Source: Actinomycetes bacterium (GTDB lineage: Bacteria; Actinomycetota; Actinomycetes; S36-B12). From it: 64,000 nt of DNA. Location: assembly GCA_965227045.1 (NCBI GenBank), contig OZ245718.1:983528-1047527 (forward strand), read 5' to 3'. Position numbers and translations under genes: made by a program. The number at the start of each line of letters is the position of its first letter. Within the stretch, counting starts at the first letter, position 1. Under the pieces are notes generated by a model that worked only from the letters and a program-made list of their open reading frames with translations, was not told where the DNA came from and ran no database searches. Shown here one piece after another: positions 53,719 through 62,433 of this stretch.

Positions 53719-54273
53719 GTGAGACGGACCCACGCGACATTCGCCCTGGTGATCGCCATCTCGGCACTCGCTCTCGTCGGCTGCGGACGCGACCAGCCGC
53801 CAGTCGTCGGCACGTCGACGATCGCGGTCGATGACCGAGAGGCACTCCCGCCGATCTCGGGCACGACGCTCGATGGCACCGAACTGGACGTTGCCAGCCT
53901 GCGCGGCAAGGTCGTGGTCCTGAACTCGTGGGCCACGTGGTGCGATCCGTGCCGTTCCGAAGTGCCGACCCTCGTGAAGCTCGCGGACAGCACCAAGCCG
54001 GACGACGTGGCTGTCGTCGGACTCGACGTGAGCGACAGCGATGAAGCCGCCAGGCAGTTCGCCAAGGACTTCGCGATGCAGTACCCCAGCATCGTCGACA
54101 GCGAAGGCGTTCTCCTGCCGACGATTCCCGGCGTACCCCCTGCCGCACTGCCCAGCACGGTCATCCTGGATCGCGAGGGTCGCATCGCCGTGCGCATCAT
54201 CGGAGAGGTCGACGCGAGCACCCTGCCGGATCTGGTGGCACAGGTTGCCGCGGAGCCGTCCTCGGCTACTTGA
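53719..54273 (+). CDS. TlpA/ResA-family thiol:disulfide oxidoreductase lipoprotein
   Basis: Lipobox LALVGC is present. The thioredoxin motif is WATWCDPC. Confidence 0.8.
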   Translation: MRRTHATFALVIAISALALVGCGRDQPPVVGTSTIAVDDREALPPISGTTLDGTELDVASLRGKVVVLNSWATWCDPCRSEVPTLVKLADSTKPDDVAVVGLDVSDSDEAARQFAKDFAMQYPSIVDSEGVLLPTIPGVPPAALPSTVILDREGRIAVRIIGEVDASTLPDLVAQVAAEPSSAT

Positions 54274-54913
54274 GGATCTGCGGCAAGGACCAGCGCGTGA
54301 TCAGGTGGAAGCGCAGTAGCGCAAGGGTCTCGGGTCCGACGTACTCCGACGTGAGCGCGGTGCCCGCCCCCTGCGAGGTGGGCGACAGGTGCGCGTCGAT
54401 TCCTAGGGCCGAAGCCGTCGCCTGAGCACGTGCCGCGTGCGCGGGGTCGGTGACAATCGTTGCTGCCGACCAGCCGAGGTCACGCATCACGCCGGCGAAC
54501 ACCTCGAGCGAGCCGACCGTGTCGGTGCCAGTCGCGAATGAGACGACGTCCTGCGAGGGCACGCCCCCTGACATCAGCTCCTCGCGTGCCTGGTCGGCGT
54601 TGCGTGCGGGACCGGTCACGACGACTACCGGAGCCACCCCATCGCGGTACAACTCCGCGGCATGCCCGAGCCGGGCCGCGAGCACCGGACCGGCGTCTCC
54701 CCAGAAGTGCCCGGGATCCAGGACGACGATCGCCTGCGTGCGCGTCCGGTCGTCGACGTGCGCCATCGTGACGATCTGCAGAACGGCACCTATCGGCAGG
54801 AGCAGGGCGAGGGCGACCGCAATGGTGACGACTGCGGTCCCGACGCCACGAGCAGTGCGGGGCACCGTCAAGGACTCCCCCACCCGGCTCAGCACGAGGG
54901 AGGGCGATGTCAC
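54266..54913 (-). CDS. YdcF/DUF218 (ElyC/SanA-like) family protein
   Basis: 215 aa with an N-terminal TM. AIVVLDPGHF...VVVTGPARN...TIVTDPAHAARA is typical of DUF218. Confidence 0.7.
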   Translation of the reverse strand: MTSPSLVLSRVGESLTVPRTARGVGTAVVTIAVALALLLPIGAVLQIVTMAHVDDRTRTQAIVVLDPGHFWGDAGPVLAARLGHAAELYRDGVAPVVVVTGPARNADQAREELMSGGVPSQDVVSFATGTDTVGSLEVFAGVMRDLGWSAATIVTDPAHAARAQATASALGIDAHLSPTSQGAGTALTSEYVGPETLALLRFHLITRWSLPQILK

Positions 54914-55003
54914 GGCCCAATCGTCACATGAACCTCACAGGTCGACAGGTTCCGACACTGCCGTGATGAGGAGGTGATCAGCCTCACGTCGTATCCTCCG
55001 TGA

Positions 55004-55651
55004 ATGACGTCTTCGGAGATCCTCGACGAGCTCGACCCCCGGCCCGAGCCCTATCGTCCGGGCCCGGCCCGCCACCGCTGGACGTTCGTGGAGATGCTCG
55101 TCACCGCGTCGCTCGGTCTCGTGGCTGCTCTGGTCCTGTCTGTCGAGGCGATCGCGCTCGCCGAGAACCCGCTCGCTGACCTCAGTTGCGACATCAACGC
55201 CGTGCTGTCGTGCGGCAAAGTCGGCCTGTCATGGCAGGCGAGCCTGTTCGGCTTCCCGAATTCCTTCCTGGGCCTGATTGCCGAGCCGGTGGTCATCACG
55301 ATCGCCGTGGCGTCGCTCGGCGGGGTGCGGTTCCCGCGCTGGTTCATGCTCGCTGCGCAGGCGGTCTACTTCGCCGGGTTCGTGTTCGCCTACTGGCTGT
55401 TCTACCAGTCCTTCTTCGTCATCGGCGCGCTGTGCCCGTGGTGCCTGCTCGTCACCGTGACGACCACCTTCGTCTTCGTCAGCCTGCTGCGCGTCAATCT
55501 GCTCGACAACAACTTCGGGCTGTCCGTGCGCGCATACAAGAGCGTCTCCGTCTGGCTGCGGGCTGGTGCCGACACGATGATCGTGATCATCATCATCGCG
55601 CTGATGCTCGGCTCGATCGTGCTGAAGTACGGCTCGGCCCTGTTCTCCTAG
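55004..55651 (+). CDS. Vitamin K epoxide reductase (VKOR) family protein
   Basis: The loop cysteines (LSCDINAVLSCGKV) and the CPWC active-site motif are present, within 4-5 TM helices. Confidence 0.8.
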   Translation: MTSSEILDELDPRPEPYRPGPARHRWTFVEMLVTASLGLVAALVLSVEAIALAENPLADLSCDINAVLSCGKVGLSWQASLFGFPNSFLGLIAEPVVITIAVASLGGVRFPRWFMLAAQAVYFAGFVFAYWLFYQSFFVIGALCPWCLLVTVTTTFVFVSLLRVNLLDNNFGLSVRAYKSVSVWLRAGADTMIVIIIIALMLGSIVLKYGSALFS

Positions 55652-56769
55652 CCTCCGCTGACCGACAGTTCAGCGTCGGCCAGTTCGCACGCGGACTTCT
55701 CGTCGAGGAAGGGTGAGTCCAGCCAGCCGTCGGGCAGGGTCGGTCGCCTGCCACCTGAGGTTCGACCCCGCGGCGCCTCGGCAACGGCGACGTTGAACTC
55801 CTGGTCCGGGTCGATCTGGCCGAGCAGCTCGTCCAGTTCCGCGAGTGAGGCAACCGTTCCCAACGCGAGTCGAATCGGCTGTCGCACGCTGAATCCCTTG
55901 AGATACCAGGCCATGTGCTTGCGGATGTCACGGCAGCCCTTGAGTTCGCCGTAGTCGTCGACGAGCAAGTGCGCGTGCCGCCGGAGCGTCTGGAGCACGA
56001 TTCGCAGGTCGGGGTCTGCGGGGATCTGGGTGCCAGCGAAGGCGGCTGCCAACTGGCCGAACAGCCAGGGTCGGCCCAGGCACCCTCGCCCCACCACCAC
56101 CCCGTCAACGCCTGTCTGCGCAACCATGCGCAGCGCGTCCGCGGCCGTCCAGATGTCGCCGTTGCCCAGCACCGGGGTGCCATACGGAGCGAGCTCCTCC
56201 TTGAGCCGGGCGATCGCGTCCCAGTCGGCGGTGCCGGCATACATCTGGCTCGCCGTCCGCCCGTGCAATGCGACCCACGCCACTCCCGCCTGCGCGGCGG
56301 CGCGACCGGCCTCGAGGTACGTCAGGTGGTCATCGTCGATGCCCTTGCGCATCTTGACGGACACCGGCACTCGACCGTCCGCAGCCTTGACCGCCTCGTT
56401 GACGATGCTGCGAAAGAGGTCTCGCTTCCACGGCAGCGCGCTGCCGCCACCCTTGCGCGTGACCTTGGGCACCGGGCAGCCGAAGTTCATGTCGATGTGA
56501 TCGGCGCGATCCTCGTCGACCATGATCCGCACGGCCTCGGCCATGACCGAGGGATCGACTCCGTAGAGCTGGACCGAGCGCGGACTCTCCTCCGCACCGA
56601 AGGTCACCATGTCCATGGTCTCGTCATTGCGTTCGACCAGCGCGCGTGAGGTGATCATCTCCGACACATAGAGTCCCGTGCCGCCGTCGGCCTCGCGGCA
56701 CAGCCGCCGGAAGGCCCGATTGGTGATGCCCGCCATTGGGGCAAGCACGACGGGGCGAAGGTCGATCAT
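55648..56769 (-). CDS. dus: tRNA-dihydrouridine synthase
   Basis: VVLAPMAGITNRAFRRLCRE, DMNFGCPVPKV and GNGDIW motifs are present. ATG 56769 is chosen; the ORF is open to 57036. Confidence 0.85.
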   Translation of the reverse strand: MIDLRPVVLAPMAGITNRAFRRLCREADGGTGLYVSEMITSRALVERNDETMDMVTFGAEESPRSVQLYGVDPSVMAEAVRIMVDEDRADHIDMNFGCPVPKVTRKGGGSALPWKRDLFRSIVNEAVKAADGRVPVSVKMRKGIDDDHLTYLEAGRAAAQAGVAWVALHGRTASQMYAGTADWDAIARLKEELAPYGTPVLGNGDIWTAADALRMVAQTGVDGVVVGRGCLGRPWLFGQLAAAFAGTQIPADPDLRIVLQTLRRHAHLLVDDYGELKGCRDIRKHMAWYLKGFSVRQPIRLALGTVASLAELDELLGQIDPDQEFNVAVAEAPRGRTSGGRRPTLPDGWLDSPFLDEKSACELADAELSVSGG

Positions 56770-56857
56770 GGTCACGAATGGATTGTTCCATTGATTCGCG
56801 GCGGCCCCACTCCCGCTCCGCCTGCGGAACGCGATTCCCTCGGGCAGACTGACGCCC

Positions 56858-58498
56858 GTGCCAGCGACGGAGTACTCAGCAGCAAAGGCCCTGACCGGCA
56901 AGAAGCGCTGGGCCGCCTTGATGTTCCTGGCGCTGGGCGTCGCAATGATCATCCTCGATGCCACGGTGGTCAACGTCGCCATTCCGACGATGGTCAAGGA
57001 CCTGGGGCTGACGACGAGTGATGCCGAGTGGGTCACGGCGGCCTACTCGTTGACCTTCGCCTCGCTGCTCATCCTCTTCGGCCGGGTTGGCGATCGCTCC
57101 GGGCGCAAGTTGCTCTTCATGCTCGGTGTCGTCGTGTTCGTTGTCGCCAGCGTGCTGGTCGCCGCCTCCGACTCGTCGATCACCCTCATCGCGGCCCGCG
57201 CGCTGCAAGGAGTCGGCGGCGCGATGATCCTGCCGAGCTCGCTGGCGGTGATCAATGCCGTCTTCGTCGGGCGATCTCGTGCGGTCGCGTTTGCTGTGTG
57301 GGGCGGCACGATCGGCGGCGCTGCCGCGCTCGGTCCCCTCGTCGGCGGATGGCTCACCACCTATGCCTCCTGGCACTGGGCCTTCCTGATCAACGTGCCG
57401 ATCGGGATCATCGTGCTGGTCGGTGTGCTCCTGACCGTCCCGGAAACCAAGGAGCTCGGCGGCCCCAAGGGCATGGATGTCGTGGGCACGGTCCTCGTCA
57501 CGGTGGGCCTGTTCGGCGTCGTCTTCGCCCTCATCGAGGGCAACCGCTACGGCTGGATAACTCCGATCGCCGAGTTCAAGGTCGGATCGTGGACCTGGCC
57601 GCTCGAGTCCATCTCCGTCGTCCTGTTCTCCGCCGTTGTCGGAGTCGTCGCCATCATCGGACTGCTCGTGCTGGAAACCCGCCGCGGCCGCGCGGAAAAG
57701 GTGGTTGTCCTCAATCTCGGACTGTTCAAGATCCGCACGTTCGGCGCGGGCAACATCGTCGCGCTCGTCGTCAGCCTCGGTGAGTTCGGCCTGCTCTTCG
57801 CACTTCCGCTTTTTCTTCAGGCCACCCTCGGGTACGACGCCTTGCAGACGGGCGTCATCCTGCTGGCGCTCGCCGTCGGCTCGTTCGTGTCGTCGGGACT
57901 TGGCGCTCCACTCGCGCAGCGATTCGGCCCGGTCCGCGTCCTCCGGGGCGGGATGGCCCTCGAGGCGATCGGCATCCTCGGCCTCGGGCTGATGCTGTCG
58001 ACCACCATCACCGGCTGGCAGATGGCCCCTTGGCTGTTCCTCTACGGCATGGGCGTGGGCTTCGCCACGGCGCAGCTCACCGGCGTGATCCTGGCGGAGG
58101 TCCCTGTGACCGAATCTGGGCAGGGCAGCGCCGTGCAGTCGACGTCGCGACAGGTCGGTGCCGCGATCGGAACGGCAATCATCGGCACGACGTTGATTCT
58201 TGGGCTCGGCAATGTCGCAAGCCAACTCGAGAGCCGGGGGGTACCACCGGCACAGGCTCAGCAGATCTCCGACGCGGTTGCTTCGTCCGCGGGCCAGGCC
58301 ATCCCTGCCCTCGCCGACCTTCCGAACGGTGATGTCCTCGTCGAGGGCGCATCCGCGGGATTCGCCACGGCGATCAAGGGCGTGGCAGCGGTCGCCGGAG
58401 TCTTCGTGCTGCTGGGCCTGGCGACGACCTTCTTCCTGCCCCGTAACGCCGCACGAGTCGAGTCCGAGGGGTACGAGCCCGCTCAGGGGTCATCCTGA
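56858..58498 (+). CDS. MFS transporter, DHA2 (EmrB/QacA, 14-TM) family, paralog 1
   Basis: 546 aa. LDATVVNVAIPTM and GRVGDRSGRK motifs are present. Confidence 0.85.
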   Translation: MPATEYSAAKALTGKKRWAALMFLALGVAMIILDATVVNVAIPTMVKDLGLTTSDAEWVTAAYSLTFASLLILFGRVGDRSGRKLLFMLGVVVFVVASVLVAASDSSITLIAARALQGVGGAMILPSSLAVINAVFVGRSRAVAFAVWGGTIGGAAALGPLVGGWLTTYASWHWAFLINVPIGIIVLVGVLLTVPETKELGGPKGMDVVGTVLVTVGLFGVVFALIEGNRYGWITPIAEFKVGSWTWPLESISVVLFSAVVGVVAIIGLLVLETRRGRAEKVVVLNLGLFKIRTFGAGNIVALVVSLGEFGLLFALPLFLQATLGYDALQTGVILLALAVGSFVSSGLGAPLAQRFGPVRVLRGGMALEAIGILGLGLMLSTTITGWQMAPWLFLYGMGVGFATAQLTGVILAEVPVTESGQGSAVQSTSRQVGAAIGTAIIGTTLILGLGNVASQLESRGVPPAQAQQISDAVASSAGQAIPALADLPNGDVLVEGASAGFATAIKGVAAVAGVFVLLGLATTFFLPRNAARVESEGYEPAQGSS

Positions 58499-58524
58499 CG
58501 AGCGATCGGCGGTGGGTCGCGCTG

Positions 58525-60102
58525 GTGTTCCTCGCGATCGGCGCCTCGATGATCATCCTGGACTCAACGGTCGTGAACATCACGCTGCCCGCGATGATCG
58601 CCGACCTCGGTCTCTCGGCCAGCCAGGCCGAGTGGGTGTCAATCGCCTACCTGCTCAGCTATGCATCGCTTCTCATCCTCTTCGGACGCATCGCCGATAG
58701 GCACGGGCGCAAGCAGATGTTCATGCTCGGCGTGATCGTGTTCGCATCGGCGAGCATCGCGGTGGCGGCATCGCAGACGTCTACCGCGCTCGTCGGTGCG
58801 CGTATCGTGCAGGGCATCGGTGGCGCGATGATCGTGCCGAGCGCGCTATCGACGATCAACGCCATCTTCTCGGGCCGCTCGCGCGCGGTTGCATTCGCGG
58901 TCTGGGGCGGAACCGTCGGCGGCGCGGCGGCCCTCGGGCCGCTCATCGGCGGATGGCTCACGACCAACGCAACCTGGCACTGGGCCTTTCTCATCAACGT
59001 GCCGCTCGCAATCATCGTGCTGGTCGGGGCGGGCATCGCCGTTCCCGAAACCAGGGAGCGAGAGGGACCGCAGGGCATCGACGTGCTCGGGACCATTCTC
59101 ATCACGGTCGGGCTGCTCGGGATCCTGTTCGCGCTCGTCGGCGGGAATCGCTACGGGTGGGTCCGCACTATCGGCGAGCTCGCGGTGGGCCCGTGGGCCT
59201 GGCCGCTCGCCTCGGTCTCCGTCGTCGACGCGGCGGCGGTGATCGGGGCCTTGTCCATCGGCGGCCTGCTGTGGCTCGAGGTTCGACGAGGACGTGCGGG
59301 CAAGGTGGTCGTCATCAACCTGCGGCTGTTCCGCATTCGCACGTTTGCGGCAGGCAATGCGGTCGGCCTCGTCGTCAACCTCGGCGAATTCGGGCTGCTC
59401 TTCGCCCTGCCCTTGTACCTCCAGTCAGTCCGGCATTTCGACGCCATCCAGACCGGCGTGGTCCTGGTCTGGCTGTCGGCTGGCTGCTTCGTCGCCGCGA
59501 GCATCTGTGCCCCGCTCGCCCATCGCTACGGTCCAGTGTGGGTTCTACGTGGCGGCATGGCTCTCGTCGCCGTAGGCATCATCGCCATCGGGCTGGTCAT
59601 TTCCAGAACCGTCGAGAGCTGGCAGTTGGTGCCCTGGCTATTCGTCTACGGGCTCGGCGTCGGATTCGCCATCGCCCAGCTGACCGGCGTGACCCTTGCC
59701 GACGTCCCGGTTGCTGAGTCTGGGCAGGCAAGCGCGGTGCAATCGACCGCCAGGCAGATCGGCGCCGCGATGGGGACCGCGATCATCGGGACGACGTTGA
59801 TCCTGGGCCTCGGCACGACCTCGGACGAACTGGAGGCACGCGGAGTCCCGCGCGCTCAGGCCGACCAGGTCGACAGCGACGTGTCCGGATCGGCTGGCCA
59901 AGACTTCCTCCGCCTCCAGGCCGCGCCGGATGCCGGCGTCCTCCTCGACGGTGCGACAGCGGCCTTCACCACGGCGGTCAAGGCCGCATCGATCGTCTCA
60001 GGCGCCTTCGTCCTACTCGGCCTCGCGACCACGTTTCTGCTTCCCTCAAACGCCGCACGGTACGAAAAGTCCAGCAATAAGGCGGGAAAGGACCGGGAAT
60101 AG
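58525..60102 (+). CDS. MFS transporter, DHA2 family, paralog 2
   Basis: 525 aa and colinear with paralog 1. The true start may lie slightly upstream on a non-canonical codon, because TM1 looks clipped. Confidence 0.85.
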   Translation: MFLAIGASMIILDSTVVNITLPAMIADLGLSASQAEWVSIAYLLSYASLLILFGRIADRHGRKQMFMLGVIVFASASIAVAASQTSTALVGARIVQGIGGAMIVPSALSTINAIFSGRSRAVAFAVWGGTVGGAAALGPLIGGWLTTNATWHWAFLINVPLAIIVLVGAGIAVPETREREGPQGIDVLGTILITVGLLGILFALVGGNRYGWVRTIGELAVGPWAWPLASVSVVDAAAVIGALSIGGLLWLEVRRGRAGKVVVINLRLFRIRTFAAGNAVGLVVNLGEFGLLFALPLYLQSVRHFDAIQTGVVLVWLSAGCFVAASICAPLAHRYGPVWVLRGGMALVAVGIIAIGLVISRTVESWQLVPWLFVYGLGVGFAIAQLTGVTLADVPVAESGQASAVQSTARQIGAAMGTAIIGTTLILGLGTTSDELEARGVPRAQADQVDSDVSGSAGQDFLRLQAAPDAGVLLDGATAAFTTAVKAASIVSGAFVLLGLATTFLLPSNAARYEKSSNKAGKDRE

Positions 60103-60141
60103 ACGGTTTAGTCACAGCGCTGCGACAGCCGAGACCGGATA

Positions 60142-61197
60142 ATGCGGTCCGTGAACCGGAGCAGTGTGAGCAGGCCCTCTCGCCAGTCGGCGGGCGCGGC
60201 CTATGCCCGCAGCCCCCTGGACGTTCCCTGGCGAGGCATTCCCGGGCCGGTATGGACGATGGCCGTCGGGGCCCTGCTCTACGCCGCGCTCGCCATCATC
60301 GCCGTGGCCACCAGGCGAGCCTCCGAGGACAGCGACGTCGTCCTTCTCGGCACCGCGGCCTTCAGCCTGGCCTCGATAGGCGTGCTCCTCTACCTCAAGG
60401 CTCGAACGCCGCTCTGGCTGCTACGCGCGCTGGTCTTCGTCGTCATCGCCCTGACCGGCGTGCTCGTCACACTGGCACCGACCGCGGTCGCGGCGTCGAA
60501 TGTGTCGTTCCGCTACCTCGCAATACCGATCTACGTCGCGTACTGGCTGAGCTGGCGCATGACGGTGCTGACCGCCGCATTGATCAGCGCCACCTCGCTC
60601 GTTGCGTACCTTCTGCGCGACGACGGAGCGTCGACCTTGCTGCTGACCTGGCTTCTCGTGTCGGTGCTCGTGTGGGTTGTGGCCACGTTGATCAACTACC
60701 TCACTCGAGCGGCCGCGCGCTTTGCGACCATCGATCCGCTCACCGGCATGCTGAACCGAAGCGCTCTCGCGACGTTGATCGAACTGTCGCAAGAGCCCGG
60801 CCGGGTGGTCCTGCCGCGCACCATTGTCGTTATCGACATCGATGACTTCAAACAGCTCAACGACACGCAGGGACACCTCGCCGGCGACCGCGCCTTGACC
60901 GCTCTCGGCGACGCGTGGCGCCGATCGCTGCGGGCGGACGACATCGCCGTGCGAAGCGGGGGCGACGAGTTCGTGCTCATCCTGCCGAAGACCAACGCGA
61001 CTGAGGCCCGTGCACTCGTGCACCGCCTGCGCGATGACTCACCGGTGCCGTTCTCCTTCGGCATCGCCGACTGGCCAGCACAGGAAGACTTCGACATCTC
61101 AGTCGCTCACGCCGACGCCGAGCTCTACAAGCAGAAGCGGGCAAGGCCGAGCACCGCAGCGAACGGTCAGGACGCGGCGCGCGACGGCTCTGCGTAA
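60142..61197 (+). CDS. Membrane-anchored diguanylate cyclase (GGDEF domain)
   Basis: The N-terminal part has ~5 TM helices. DPLTGMLNR, the DDFKQLND region and the active-site GGDEF motif (in RSGGDEFV) are present. Confidence 0.85.
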   Translation: MRSVNRSSVSRPSRQSAGAAYARSPLDVPWRGIPGPVWTMAVGALLYAALAIIAVATRRASEDSDVVLLGTAAFSLASIGVLLYLKARTPLWLLRALVFVVIALTGVLVTLAPTAVAASNVSFRYLAIPIYVAYWLSWRMTVLTAALISATSLVAYLLRDDGASTLLLTWLLVSVLVWVVATLINYLTRAAARFATIDPLTGMLNRSALATLIELSQEPGRVVLPRTIVVIDIDDFKQLNDTQGHLAGDRALTALGDAWRRSLRADDIAVRSGGDEFVLILPKTNATEARALVHRLRDDSPVPFSFGIADWPAQEDFDISVAHADAELYKQKRARPSTAANGQDAARDGSA

Positions 61198-62360
61198 CGC
61201 CGTCCCTGCGGGGAGAACCATTCGCATGAACCATCGGGTTTGCTGTGCTCGATCCGCCAGCCGCCGTGCGTCTTCAGCTGGTGGTGTCGAACACAGAGCG
61301 CCCCGAGATTGGACACGACCGTGGAGCCACCGTCGTCCCACGCAATCGCGTGGTCGATCTGGCACCGGGCGGCCCGTCGGTTGCATCCGGGGAATCGACA
61401 GACCTGGTCGCGCGTGACGATGAGCTCACGCAGGCGGTCCGGGATCCGATAGGACGCGCGCCCGACATCGAGCAGGTTCCCGGTCTGTGGTTCGGTGATC
61501 AGCCGCCGGACGGTGACCTCGGCATCGCGGTCGGCGAGCAGGTCGCGGACGGCACCGATCGATATCGGTCCGGCGCCGACAAGTTCGGCAGGGTCGTCGG
61601 TTACCCCGAGCAGCGCGTCGAGTGACACGAGGACGTCGAGGTGGGCCCGCAGCGACACCGGACGACCGTTGTGGTCGCCCAGTACCAAGGTCTCCAGCGC
61701 CTCGCACCGCAACTCGCCGATGGAACCGAGTGCGCCATCGGTGCGGCTCGCGTGCGCGACCCCGTTGACGTAGGCCATCACTGCATGCGCGCGGTCAGTC
61801 GCCATGCGCGCGGTGAGAGTCGAGAGGCCGTCGGGCTCGTCGACGATCCACACTTCGCGGAAGGCCCGCGCGCTCCTTCGGCGCCGTTCGGTCCCTTCGG
61901 GATCGAGAGCGAGCACGCCTCGATTCGCCGCGCGACGGGTGCAGGCCACCGTCGTGCGTTCGGCCACGGCGAGGACCCGCTCCTCCAACTCCTCGAGATG
62001 CTCGGGCACGCGCTCGGCGGCCTCGACGATGACCGCGGCGTGCTGGATGCTGATCGTGCCGGAGGCCAGCGCGTCCTTGGTCCGCCGAAGCGGGCCGCAT
62101 AGGAGCCTGGCCCGATCGATCCTGACCTGTGCCGCGGCGGGCGACCAGTGCAGCGCGGCAGCGATCTCCTCACGCACGGCATCGGAAATCCGAATGCAGC
62201 GCTCCTCGTCGTGATCGGGCCGAGGGTCGAGGATCAGGTACTCATCGACCCAACGTTCGGGCGATGCCGCAGCGACGAGGAGCTCCGCCTGACGTGCGTG
62301 CAGTCGGGCGAAGTCGCGCTCCAGGTCCTGCAGGCGAGTGATCGCTTCGTCGGCGTCCAT
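61167..62360 (-). CDS. DUF222-domain HNH endonuclease (REP13E12-like)
   Basis: 397 aa. The C-terminal HNH motif is CRFPGCNRRAARCQIDHAIAWDDGG...CVRHHQLKTHGGW. The 3' end overlaps the GGDEF gene by 31 nt (convergent). Confidence 0.8.
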   Translation of the reverse strand: MDADEAITRLQDLERDFARLHARQAELLVAAASPERWVDEYLILDPRPDHDEERCIRISDAVREEIAAALHWSPAAAQVRIDRARLLCGPLRRTKDALASGTISIQHAAVIVEAAERVPEHLEELEERVLAVAERTTVACTRRAANRGVLALDPEGTERRRRSARAFREVWIVDEPDGLSTLTARMATDRAHAVMAYVNGVAHASRTDGALGSIGELRCEALETLVLGDHNGRPVSLRAHLDVLVSLDALLGVTDDPAELVGAGPISIGAVRDLLADRDAEVTVRRLITEPQTGNLLDVGRASYRIPDRLRELIVTRDQVCRFPGCNRRAARCQIDHAIAWDDGGSTVVSNLGALCVRHHQLKTHGGWRIEHSKPDGSCEWFSPQGRRYAEPSRAAS

Positions 62361-62433
62361 AGCCTGAAACTAGAGGATGGGTCTGACACCCATGAATCGC
62401 CAAAGCCGTTGCGCCGCAACAACTGTGGACAAC

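Noticed and set aside
54966-54985. Near-palindrome GAGGTGATCAGCCTC upstream of the VKOR gene as a regulatory site.
   Set aside because: It has only a 4-bp complementary core around a TGATCA centre. That is too weak to support.
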